From Auanema rhodensis (Eukaryota > Animalia > Nematoda), in contig OZ059897.1 in NCBI GenBank assembly GCA_964057225.1, forward strand, positions 8,928,001-8,992,000: a stretch of DNA of 64,000 nucleotides, written 5' to 3'. Positions within the stretch are counted from its first letter, which is position 1; every line of letters starts with the position of its first letter. The translations under genes and the position numbers were made by a program. The notes beneath the pieces were generated by a model. The model saw nothing but the letters and a program-made list of their open reading frames with translations, was not told where the DNA came from and searched no databases. This document shows positions 44,406 to 56,037 of this stretch, piece after piece.

Positions 44406-45229
44406 TTATGTTTTACTAATAACTATTTCACCTACAAAACGAGCGTTAAAGTTCAACGAAAGCTTCTGCATGAACGTATTCTTAACTATATTCCAGCTAT
44501 ATCTAGTTGCTCCAGCATTGTATACAGTAACTTTGATTTGCTTGGAGAATGGTTGGAAAATCATATCGATGGCTGCTATGATGATAATAATATGAATTTA
44601 AAATAAAATATACTGTAATTCTTACTTCCAGCCCCAGCAGCAGCTTGAGTCAAAGCCCCAGATTCAACTTTTCCATAAAGAGGCCCAACTCCCTTAGTAT
44701 TTCCGAGCGAATTTTCAACCTAAGTTATCAAGTATTTGCATTTAAATATTTTACAAATACTTACTTGAATAGCTGTATAGTCATTAGCTACATCAACACT
44801 ATAGAGAGGTATATTTGTAGCTGCTAGAGCATCCATCATCTATAACAAATAAAAGATAACTACATATTTCATTTTATATTTCTAACAGCTGCTCTAATTT
44901 CAGCATCAGCTCTCTGATCCGCATGAACGGAGTCATTGGATTGTCCCGGGAAAAACCAGATCAGACCAGTACCTTCAGAAGCCTGAAAGAAACCTTTGTC
45001 CTTTCTCTGCAAGTGTTATCTTTATACCTTAGGTGGGAAATATGTCCATCCGATAGGTGGACTAACTTCCATTGTGAAAACAGGACCATCTAAGTATTCA
45101 TAATCGCTAGTTCCAAAACCTGTAAAAATTAAAACTCATAGGTAAGCTAAGAAGTTGAAATATGGTTTTACCTGTGCTACACGCAAAAGCACCTCCGAGG
45201 AAGAGAAAAGATAAAGCTATCTTCAACAT
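44406..45229 (-). CDS. Secreted nematode-type protein of unknown function, 6 exons
   Basis: Signal peptide MLKIALSFLFLGGAFAC. Phase-compatible exons give 'FTMEVSPPIGWTYFPPK|ASEG...FPGQSNDSVHADQRADAEIRAA|MMDAL...' and end at 'RFVGEIVISKT*'. The exons are too short to appear in the ORF track. Confidence 0.8.
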
Positions 45230-45670
45230 AATTGTCGTCTAGACATGAAACTGATCACGTATCATTCTTTATATAGTAAATTCTTCTCAGACATTGTGTT
45301 GGTAAGCAAATTATAGCATTCAAATAATTCTTTGGGTTGAAGCCCTAAACGTAAAACGTTAGCAAACATGATTGTATCATCCTATGTGTTATGAATGCCA
45401 TCACAGATATAGAATAATAGTTAAATAAGAATTTGTTTTGTATCTTCTGTTGTCCTTATATTCAGTATCAATTTGAATTTAAAAATAGCTTTTCAATTCT
45501 TAAAATATTTATTTTTAGAAATTTTAAAGTAATGTAAAATTATTTCTTGAATGATTTTCAATCATCAGTTCAATTCATGTTAAACGAATAAAATGATCAG
45601 AAAAATGAAAAAGAATTCAATTAGTTGAACATAATGAAGTTATATAACATAAATTTAAATATATATTTTC

Positions 45671-45789
45671 GCTTACGACCATACCACGTTGAAAGTACGC
45701 CATCCCGTCCGATCTGGCAAGTCAAGCAACGTTGGGCCCGGTTAGTACTTGGATCGGAGACGGCTTGGGAATCCCGGGTGCCGTAAGCT
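45671..45789 (+). rRNA. 5S rRNA gene (single copy in the window)
   Basis: GCTTACGACCATACCACGTTGAAAGTACGCCATCCCGTCCGATCTGGC...GTTAGTACTTGGATCGGAGAC...GTAAGCT: nematode-type 5S, 119 nt, complementary ends. Confidence 0.98.
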
Positions 45790-45798
45790 TTTTGTTTT
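45789..45798 (+). terminator. Pol III oligo-T terminator of the 5S gene
   Basis: TTTTTGTTTT at the 5S 3' end. Confidence 0.8.
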
Positions 45799-45903
45799 CA
45801 GTTAAATAAAAAGATTCGTTTTGAATTATTATTGAAGAAAGCTACACTCAAAATTGATACGGTACAACTTTACATCAAGTATCTTTACGTACCAGAGTTA
45901 TGT

Positions 45904-46021
45904 ATCCTCTGGTTCCTTTGCAATTCTCCGTGAAAATCTTTCGCCTTTTACTAAAGATTTCCGTGCATAGGGACGCATATGAGTAAATTCATTTTTTGGA
46001 ATCCCCTCGAAAGAGCGGGAT
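45904..46021 (+). ncRNA. U5 spliceosomal snRNA
   Basis: 5' CTCTGGTTCC; stem AAATCTTT/AAAGATTT enclosing the invariant loop 1 GCCTTTTAC (45943-45951); Sm site ATTTTTTGG (45991-45999); 3' stem-loop ATCCC-CTC-GAAA-GAG-C-GGGAT. Confidence 0.95.
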
Positions 46022-46480
46022 AATAATATTGTTTAATAGTGCGAGTTCTTGTGAGCTTCATTTTCTTTACTGTCGTTTTCACTTCTAAGAGCAAGAGTGT
46101 ACGGGACATGATTAAAATGATTCAAACTCTATCAGCATTATTACTGCTCAATGTATTTATCTATAAATATTAAATATAACTTAGTTACACAAGAAAAATT
46201 TATTGAAAACATTAATTACAACATTATGAGTATGGATATTTTTTGGATATTCTTTGGATATAGGTTTTTTACATTTCTCATTAGAGTTTTTTTTCTTTTT
46301 AAATGGGAGGGGGAATAGAAATAATACAATATGATGCAATCATGATATGTATAATTATTTTTTTGGAATAAAGAAAAAGTATTTTTTTTACAAACAAGTT
46401 TTGTGTGTAATACCCGTTCAACAAAATGAAGACTTTCTATAAAAGGAGGGAATGAATCTCGAAATTCTTAAAGATTTCGC

Positions 46481-49400
46481 TCAGTGGTATCCAGTTCGGA
46501 TACTATTACTTTTTGTCTTCGGTCCATTAGCCAAATTTTCGAGATCAGCAAATGAAAGCTCAGAAGCTTTCTTCTTCACTAAAAGATAAAACATATTAAT
46601 AAAGTATAATTGTTTGTCCTATTTGTGTTTGTAAATAGGTAATGATTCTTAGAAATTGTAGGAATCGTCATCGTATCGTTTAAAACAAGAAAAAAATAAA
46701 GAAGATTAGGTTTCATTTTTTACAACGTTTAAAGTTCTTGCAGTGCACTCAGAAAAAAAAATAAAGGAAGTAAAATGCTTTTGTTTCTCTTTCAGAAATT
46801 TCACAAAAATGTCACTTACTTAATGCTTGATCCATCTCAATCTTCATTTCTTCTGATTGCATTTTATATTTGCGTAGATGTTGTCGTTGAGGATGTGACG
46901 AAAGACTAGCTGATGCTTTAGTATGTAACAACTATAATGAATTATTCATAAAAAATATTAAATGAAAAACACTTCTACTTGGACTTCATCTTCAAGAGAT
47001 TCAACATATACTGGTGGAACTTGATTATGTAATTCATCAACGATGAGGTATGCCATCTTAATAGTTACATTTACATCGCGTTTACAAGATTCTCCACAAA
47101 AGTACCTCCAAATTTCTATCGAGGATGTAGTTGAATTCAAAATCTTCGTCATCAGCTCCGAATGGGAACATCAAATCTTCACCAACTTTCAACCAACCAA
47201 CATAGAACAAGAATTGCAAGATAGTGAATACAGGAACATACCTAAAAACAGTTTATCTTCAAAAAACAATTTGAATTATATTTCGACTTACATATCAACG
47301 ATTTGATTATTCTCATTTTCACTTGGGAATTGTCGGCCAATCAGAGCAAATGCGAAATATCCATACACAGAAATAGTAGATACCTAGAAAGGTTATAAGT
47401 CCTTATGGGTAAACATTAAATTGTTTGATATTAGCTTTTAAAAATTGTATAACAAGAGACTCCAAGAAAATAAACACGGAAGGAAGAGACCGATATAAGA
47501 GGATTCATTAGGGCTCGTTTACTTTGTTAGATTTATCAAAAGAAATTGGATGGACAGTCAGCGCTCGGTCATACTTCAAAAAAGGATTTTAAAACGGATT
47601 GTTAGTTTGTGATGTTCAGCTTAAACAGCTGGATGATATTAATATGGACATCCGAGCGCTAACCTGAGTATAAACAAGTGGAATTGTTATCCAATCATAT
47701 AAATAGAGGCGGGCAAAACGTCGTCGAAATTGGTCAACTTGTTGGAGAAGTATTTGAAGGGAAGACATGAAATAAGGAATGGTTAGCAAGAATTCGAAAC
47801 CAGTACCTGGGTATAGACCAATGGAATGGCTATCCAGTCATAAAGAAATAGTTGGAAAAAGCCGTTACGGTACTTTTCAAGTGAATCCAATAGAACACGA
47901 AGCTCGTTAGTATGAGTTAGAGTTCCTTTCTCGAAGCAACGAACCATCATTGTTTGCATCCAGTTAATAGGAACAAACCATTTCTGAAAATAACTTTGTT
48001 GCGTTTTCCTCATATAATATTCAATTTTTGTGTTAAAATTGTCATAAAAATAAAAAATCATCAGAATTAGCTATATAATACAATGGCCCAGCTGTCATTA
48101 ATGATTTCTAAGCATCACAAATCAGATGAAAATAAGAAATTGAGAGAATTCTCTATAAATATCTTTCTCTTAATTGATTTTTTCTTATTCTCCGCAGAGA
48201 AAATTAAATGGCATTGTGATCATTCTATTGATATTAATAGAGAATTTTCTTGAGAAAGTAGATTTACCTGATGTGGATCTACATGAACATTAATATTTTT
48301 GAAAATAGTTAATTCTTCTCTGGTCATTAAACCAGAATCAATCAGATGTTCATCTGTTGGATATCTGAAAGTAAAATAAGTTTAAATATTAAAAGCCGAT
48401 GAGGAATATATACCTTGTTAAGACTCTTAAGGATATACTACGCCATGCCAAGACTGAAGCCAAAATCGCATATCTTGCAATCGTTTTCCTAATAATTCGA
48501 GTTTCAGCCTGCAAATGTCATATCATTGATTCAAGAAAATAAAATTGCTTCTTTATAATGTTTTTTAATCACAATTATAAGTATTTTTCTCTGTTACCTA
48601 ACTGAGGAAACTGTTCCTGATTCTACTTGAATCAATGGCTACAAGACTTTCTTTTGAGTCTGGGAGGGTTAAAAGCCGGAACAATTGTTGGTTGAGCCGT
48701 TTTCATTGTAATATCACATTGTTTAGTTGCTATCACTAAATGCTTCTTCATTCCATTTACAAGAACAAATTTGTTCGATCTAATTCTATTGAGCAGAAAG
48801 ACATCTCATCAGATAATGCAGGAAAACTTGTATTATCATCCGTCAAAGATTGAAAGGGTGGCTTGAGGCATCGTGTAAGTACAATATTCGTCAAATATAA
48901 TAAATTAAAGTTGATTTTAAGTTCAAAAGTTAGTTATCTGATATCCGCGTGATATTTTAAATTAAAATTGGGTTATGTGAACAAAAGATTTAAACTAAGC
49001 AAAAGTTTCGAACACTTGTGTTGGGTATTGTAATTAATTATCAAAAACTCTTCCGTTTTAAGTTAAATTGGACTGAGTTCTATTCAAAAACTATTCAATT
49101 ATTCTCTAAAAACTATAATACTAATCACGAGTACCTAATCTGCAAAAAGATATGAACTTGAACGTTAAAAAAAGATTTGAATGAGTGACAACGGATCGTA
49201 GGTGACAGCCGTCGACAAAAGTTTATCATAAGTTTTGACAAGTCAAAAAAAAAGAAAAAAAACTTCATGACAAATTATTGTGCAAGCATGCTTTCTAAAT
49301 AAGGACCTTATTTGTTTCTTGTTTTTTTGTTTTATTCAAAAATTATTTTAAGGTTGAAGAAGTGCAAAGTTTTTTCTTTGCGTATTTTCTACAACTGTTG

Positions 49401-50197
49401 TGACATTAGTGAGAAGAAAATAAGAAAAGCATATTTCATTTTCTTTTAAAAACCGACAAGTTTCTCTATATTTCTGAGTAAAATGCAGATAAAGGAAAAC
49501 GAGCTTGATAGAGAAGTGTCAAGTGTCAGTTGTTCAATACATTCTCTTATCGATAGCCACGCTGATACTATTCTTGAATTAAACGAATGAAGAATGAAAA
49601 TCAATTATTTTTGTTTTATCTTTCACTATCTTTGTGTTTATAAAATAAATATTGAAATTTTAAAAAAAATTTCTGAATTCAATGAATTTGATTTTTAGAA
49701 AAATCACTTACATCGCATCCACGTATTAATGCAGAGACATTATACAGTAGATGATCTGGCCAGCTGATTAGCTGACAGCAATCCCACCACCTGGAAAAGA
49801 TGGCATTTTTTTACTGCTCGAATTACAACATTAACAAAATTTGCTAAGCATATGATGAGAAACAAAGGAAGAGCAGAAGTGACATACCTCCGAACTATCA
49901 TAGCTACATAAAAACCTAAGAGAAATGTCAGTGGAATTTCTTTGGTCCAACTATCAAACAATATAACATATTTCATAAATATTTTCTGCTGTTCTTCATC
50001 CATTAAAAACCTGCAAATAAAGCATGTAAGTTTCCATAAGTGTAAATATAATAATATTTTATATATTACCTATACACAATATTAATTAAATAATAGAATG
50101 AAAGAAATAGTAATAGATGCTTCCAAATTGCTTTCCACAACGAACCCTTCCATCGTAATAGAAGTCTAAGAAATGTATCTGAGTAACTAATGGTCAT
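46481..50197 (-). CDS. Bestrophin chloride channel, about 11 exons
   Basis: '[22 protein letters not shown]', '[19 protein letters not shown]', 'LTRYPT', '[12 protein letters not shown]', '[26 protein letters not shown]'. The final exons are less certain. Confidence 0.93.
47664..47806 (-). other. Diverged duplicate of the 3' part of bestrophin exon 6 (candidate alternative exon)
   Basis: Open frame [48 protein letters not shown] ending at a CAG|GTTAG donor in the same phase as exon 6; 18/32 aa identical to the end of exon 6. Confidence 0.7.
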
Positions 50198-51664
50198 GTT
50201 CGGTGTGCCTAGTTGAGCTGCTACTAAACTTAAATTTTGCGAATTATCTAAAATAAAAGAATACATTTTTGTTCAATAACTTGAATATGCATCATACAGA
50301 AATGTTATAGAAATAAACATGTTTAAGCATATAATCAAGGGAACGAAGAAACTCTACATTAGAAGCAAATGATTATGCATAGTTTGCCGTTTTCAATAAA
50401 AAAATCATGTAAATGAAACAACGGAAGCTATTTCATGGCAGAATTTCATCTGACAGTATGCATGAGAGTCATCTTCATGCACGCAATCACAAGAAAGATA
50501 CTACAAATTGTTATGTAAATGGAAAAAAAAGTGGAATTCGAATAAAAAAAAGCAGTCAGAAGCACAATATAAAATGCTGTTATTATTATATTATGGATTC
50601 GTATATTTATATCTGCATGTATATATATATGATACATCAAAAGCCGGGTTGCAAAATAGAAAACAAGACAAATAACTTATCGAAAAGCGAAAAATCTAGT
50701 ATATATGTATTAGAGTGACCTCAAGTGTAGTGCTTAAGAATACAGACTTCAAAGCTCAAAAACTAGCACGTTCCATGGAGACAGCTAAAACTCTCATGTC
50801 TATCAAGACAAATAACTACAAAGTTGAGTAATCAATAGAATAGGTTTTCATTGATGTAGAGACTGCTCCGGGGCTGGTGTTACAACGTTTGTGAGAAGAG
50901 AGAAAAGCTAGAAAAGAGCTGTGGTGTACCCATCTTTACATCCCATGTTACGTCATGCGATTAATCAGTTGTCATCTCTGAAGCTCCGTTTGATATCAAT
51001 CTAACCAAATTCACTTAGCAACTATGTATCAAATATAATATAGTGAATTGAAGAAAATTGATTAAGAAAAATCATTTTGATTATATCTTAGCATAGTATA
51101 AGTTAAACAACTCTCGTTATCACCCATCATATATAAAAACACTTAAGGAAAACAAAAAACATTAATGAAGAACGAAATAATTGGTTATAATAATATTTGG
51201 GACATTTTACTTTTCATACTTATAGAATTTGCCGACAAAACACTTCAAAGAATTTAACTTTATGAATAATCAAAAATATAAAAAATAAACATAGTCAGAG
51301 TTGAGACAACGCAACATCGCTTCAATTGTGCAATGAAAGAGTAGTTAACTAACCTGCATGCTGGATTTCCAAATACGCAAAAGCTCAGTCAATCGTTCAA
51401 TTTATGCTAATGAACTCTCACAAGTGCTACGAAAGCTCGAAAAAAGTCACATTTGAGAACATTAGTATTTATAAATTTTGATTTTTTTAATGCCAATTGA
51501 GTTCCGAGATCCCATTCATGTATTCAGGTAAGAAGCTGATTACAAATATTCTTTACCGAATAAGCTTGACATCTTCTGCCTTCTAATTTTTATTTATGAG
51601 TATAATTACTAATTTTTGAATTAGCTTTGGATGATTACATAACGTTTAGATAGGAATATAGGAA

Positions 51665-52086
51665 GTAGTATAGAAAGTCCTGCCGCTAGCGCATCCTTTT
51701 GTTCAAATGCGATTTTCTACATTTTTCAGCCAATTGTATGCTTTCACAAAGCAAAAATGTCTTAGCTAACGGAAAACTCGTCATTTTTGAAAATCTTCAA
51801 TGATAGACTCTTTTCTGGGTAAAATAGTCGAAAAATGGTATTTCCCATAATTCCAAGTAACCTTTTCAATCTCTTCATAATTTTCACTCTTTTCAAAATT
51901 TCAAGGAGTAATAAATACAAAACTTCCGAAAAGACTTACCACGATTAACCAATTTAGACTTTCTGATTCTCGAGAAATCATTACAAATTAAAAACGCGGT
52001 GTTTTCTTGCGTGATACTCTCCCAGAGAACAACTAGAATTGGAATTTTGAATTTGGGCAGAGGTGCGCCAGCACTTTCTATACTAC
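51665..52086. mobile_element. ~420 bp non-autonomous TIR element (degenerate)
   Basis: Left GTAGTATAGAAAGTCCTGCCGC vs reverse complement of the right end GTAGTATAGAAAGTGCTGGCGC (20/22); weaker similarity extends to about 40 bp; no transposase ORF. Confidence 0.6.
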
Positions 52087-52665
52087 TATAGAACACATTA
52101 TTCAAGTAAATGGGTTTTGAAAATGACTTTATAGTTAATTTTTTTCATTGATTGCTTATATTTTTGTCTTCTTGAAGAGGGAGATTCTATGAATATTACA
52201 GCAGCGTCAACTGTTTTCATAACAAGCAATGTTAACTTATTAATTCTATTTTTTGCTTAATGATTAATTGTTTGCAATGAAGCGCAAATGAATTCCAAAT
52301 AATTATGGTCATTCTCTTATATTTATTTGAGTTGTTTTCATAATCTAATGAACCTAGAAATGACGGGCACATTTCGGATATATATTCATGAATAACTAAT
52401 TATTGAAATGTGATTCAAATATATATGCGGATCGCTGTGGGACCATTTGGCTTCTAATACTCTATATTTACGTCGAATTACATTTACTATAAGATTTGCA
52501 TTAGAGCACAGAGTTTTGGCAATTGTCCAACTTAAAAACTTGTCATGTAGCATTTTCCATCCATATCGAAATGTTTTAGTTTTCTTTATTGTTTCTAGCG
52601 ATTCCTTCTTGGTTTATTTTTTTTAGATTTTATGTCTATCTTCAGGTGTTAATTAGGCTAATAAT

Positions 52666-55116
52666 ATGAATTCTGTACAACTTCAAGATTTTTTAACCAA
52701 TTTATCAACTAATTATTCTGGTGAACAGGTACGAAATGCTAATATTTTTGTTTTACTTTTAACATCTAGAAAAAAAATGAAGTTGACCTCTCAAGTACCA
52801 GGAGACTTGTTGTTAAAACGCAGAATAGTTCTCACACTTGCATGAATTATATTATTTGTAATTATACGGATATAGACTTAATCCAGCCGATTTTTGCTCA
52901 ACTATTAGCTTTATACTACAAAGGAGGTATATATCTTTTACTTTTAATATCTTTTAAACTTCATTTATCGTATTACAGGTATTCTGCGGCAATATACACT
53001 TCAATATATTCCTTCTTTTGTTGGCACGTATATGCTTGCCCTATCTAAAAAACAACAAAAAAGTGTATCAATGTTTGAAACTTTTTTTTTGGCTATTTAT
53101 AATGAAGAAATATTAACCAATGATAAAGAATCCACAAATCCTACAAAGAAGGTATCATATTTTTTGTTTTCAAAAACATTAATTTACTGTTTTAGGTGGA
53201 TGAAGTTAGAATTCCTTCAATAAGGTTCCCTAGTATATATCACGATCCGATGAAAATTAGTTCTGTCCCTGAAATTGCAACTTTTCGACCTGGCGGAACT
53301 CCTTCAGTACTGGTAATGCTACTTATCAACATAAGTGTTATAAACATTTTTTTCAGACAACTGTAAGAATAGGACCTTATCCAACATACAATAATTTTAC
53401 CGCTGAGAATAAATTTTTAATTCTTACTAAATTAATGAAATCTGTAAGATTATTAAATGTAATATTCAATTTAATCATTCTTCCCAGGTTAATAACTCTG
53501 TTTGTTACTTATATTCTGAAGTTCTGTCAAGATATATTTGCCTAACAACATTATCTATGTCTACGAGGTATATCCTTTTCTTTTTCTTCTAAAATTCTTT
53601 TTTTTGTAGTGGTTTTTCTTTCCCGGAAACTGCTTTAAGGTTGAAAGTTTTGAATCCTAACCACCCTACCGAAGTTATTGAAGATTATTCAAAGTAAGGT
53701 TAATGTTCACTTCTTTTGAGTATGAAGATGTTTTAGGAAACCTCGACAGCAAGTAAATAGTTCTATTCTTTTGGAAATGTTAACAGGCAAATTATAATAT
53801 CTTAAAACAATTTATAATCAAGAATTTAGGGGTTTATTTATCTCTTTATAATGGTACCCCTGACTTAGCTTTACGTGCAATTGATGCTGTTCACCAGAGA
53901 GCCCAATATGAAATGTTGTCAGATGTTCTACTTGTAAGTTTATCATAATCTTCTTTTTTGAAAGGTATTTTATTTTTAGGTAACTAACGCAATTAGAAAT
54001 GCTCTATTAGAAAGTCCTGTTGCTAAAGAAAAAATAGATGAACTAGCTTGGAAAGGATACAACAAGGTATTTTTTTCAGCATTTTGTATAGTTCAAATTG
54101 TCTGTTAGGAGATCAAGAGATCAGATTTGGTTACGAATGCTTCTCTCCGGATGAAGAAAATGCCTGAAGATATCCCTATTCAGCCAGAGTTAAAAGAAAA
54201 GGAACACTCGCGATTAGGAGACTTAGTCGAAGAAGGTAATTCTTAAATAAATTATTATAATGAACTCGTGGCCACGAAATTAACTCATACTTTTAAAATG
54301 AATATATCTGAATCTAACATAGCGTATAATCTTAAAAACTTCCTAATTGTTTTACTGTTTTGATCTACTATCATTAGTCAATAGGATTAAACAAGATCTT
54401 CATTTTAATCAGCCTTATTTCTTCTTGAATAGAATCTCTTGTTATAAATGCAGGAGAAAACCTAATCGTATTCTACATCGTATTTCGAAAAACCGAATAC
54501 GCTACTTCGTGCACAATTACCAATATACTCCTAGATATGATGCCTATATTCGTGTTATTCCTAAGGAATGCAGTGGCTACTTATTGTCTAAATTAGGCAA
54601 ATTTTACGTTCATCCTGTTAAATATATTTATAATTTCTTTTCAATTTTAGGAATCGATCATCTGCATGATTTGAAAAAACGTGTTTCATCAATGTCTCTA
54701 AATCCAAAAGGTCTACGAAGAAGAAAAAGTGATGTAGCTGGCGATGTGAGTTTGAAAATTCAATCAATTTTAATTTTCGGTTCTATGATCAGGTTGAGCT
54801 TCAAACTATTTCGGAGGAGAAACTACAAGATAAAAACGCTGCCGCAAATTTAAATAATAGTGCAGCAGTCGAAGAACCGACAGAGAAATCGGAGATTATC
54901 CCAGTACATGAAAGCAGCACAGACAATGGTGTAGCAGGAGATGTATGTTAAATAAACGAAACTTCAATAATTTTTTGATTATAGCACACTTTAATGCCTT
55001 CTGATGATGAATATGCTTCTGATGATGATGAACATCCCCGTGGAACGTTCACTATCAACGGTCTTCGGCATATGGATAGTGGTGGAAGCACACAAAGAAG
55101 TTTCGATTTTTCTTGA
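52666..55116 (+). CDS. FAM126: Hyccin / FAM126 (PI4KA complex subunit), multi-exon
   Basis: 'LRQYTLQYIPSF', 'ETFFLAIYNEEI', 'RIPSIRFPSIYHDP', 'LTGVYLSLYNG', 'AVHQRAQYEMLSDVLLVTNAIRNAL', 'LVTNASLRMKKMPEDIPIQ'. Confidence 0.88.
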
Positions 55117-55318
55117 TTTGCCTCTGTTAGAAAAACAGAAAATTAATTAATTTGCATAACATTCCTGGAGAATGGGAGGATAGTCATTAATAGACTAGAT
55201 AGATTACGCATATAGTTTAAACAACAGATGTATATTAACTTAATTTATTTCCTTTCATTTTTCTTAATAATTGGGTTGTTAATATTCAAGTAATAAAACG
55301 GTTTTTTATTTTTTTTGA

Positions 55319-56037
55319 TTATTCCATTGCATGGGGGCTTTTGCTTAAAATTCCTCCGCCTGCGAGTGTTGCGAAGAATGCGAACACGGTGGCGGCGACC
55401 GCTATCCAATAACTGTAGCCTAGCACAGCGTCGGCCAGAAGTTCATTGCTTTGTGATAGCATATAGGCTAAAACGGTTTGATTGAAATAATAGTTCGAAT
55501 TATATTTTACCTGTCTTTTTCTCATTTCGAACTGCATAAACAATAACAGCAGAGAACAAGCAGATAAATGTTAAAACACTTAAAGTAATGGCTGGTGCAT
55601 GAACTCGCAATCTCGGCGAGAATAAAGCAAAGAAAATGCCTTAATAGTTTCTTTCCGTTTAAATATTGTTTTTAATATGTATACCTATCGCTGATACTTC
55701 GCAAAATAGTGCGATAACAAGAAGAGCCAATGTTGCTTTTTCGAACGGATATTTGTTCTAAATTTACACATGTTAGCATTAACAGATAGGAGATACTTAC
55801 TGCTGCCCATTTTTGGCAATCCCATTCGAAAACCCTTCTGTTCCCATCTCCACAGTTCCGAGTAACAAGTCCAAATGTTGGAGCTCCATGCCCCTAAACA
55901 GAATTAAGAATGGGAATAGGTTCCAACAGAATAAACACCTTATATGATCTCCAAGCAGGGGTAAACAAGGCGACTAGAGTAAAGATAAAAGTTATTATTA
56001 TGCAAATACCATAAAGAAATCGCGATGCACCAGCCAT
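55319..56037 (-). CDS. Claudin/Clc-like four-TM protein, 5 exons
   Basis: 'LVALFTPAW', 'FGLV..C...C..W' extracellular loop, four hydrophobic segments, 'LGYSYWIAVAA'. Confidence 0.8.
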
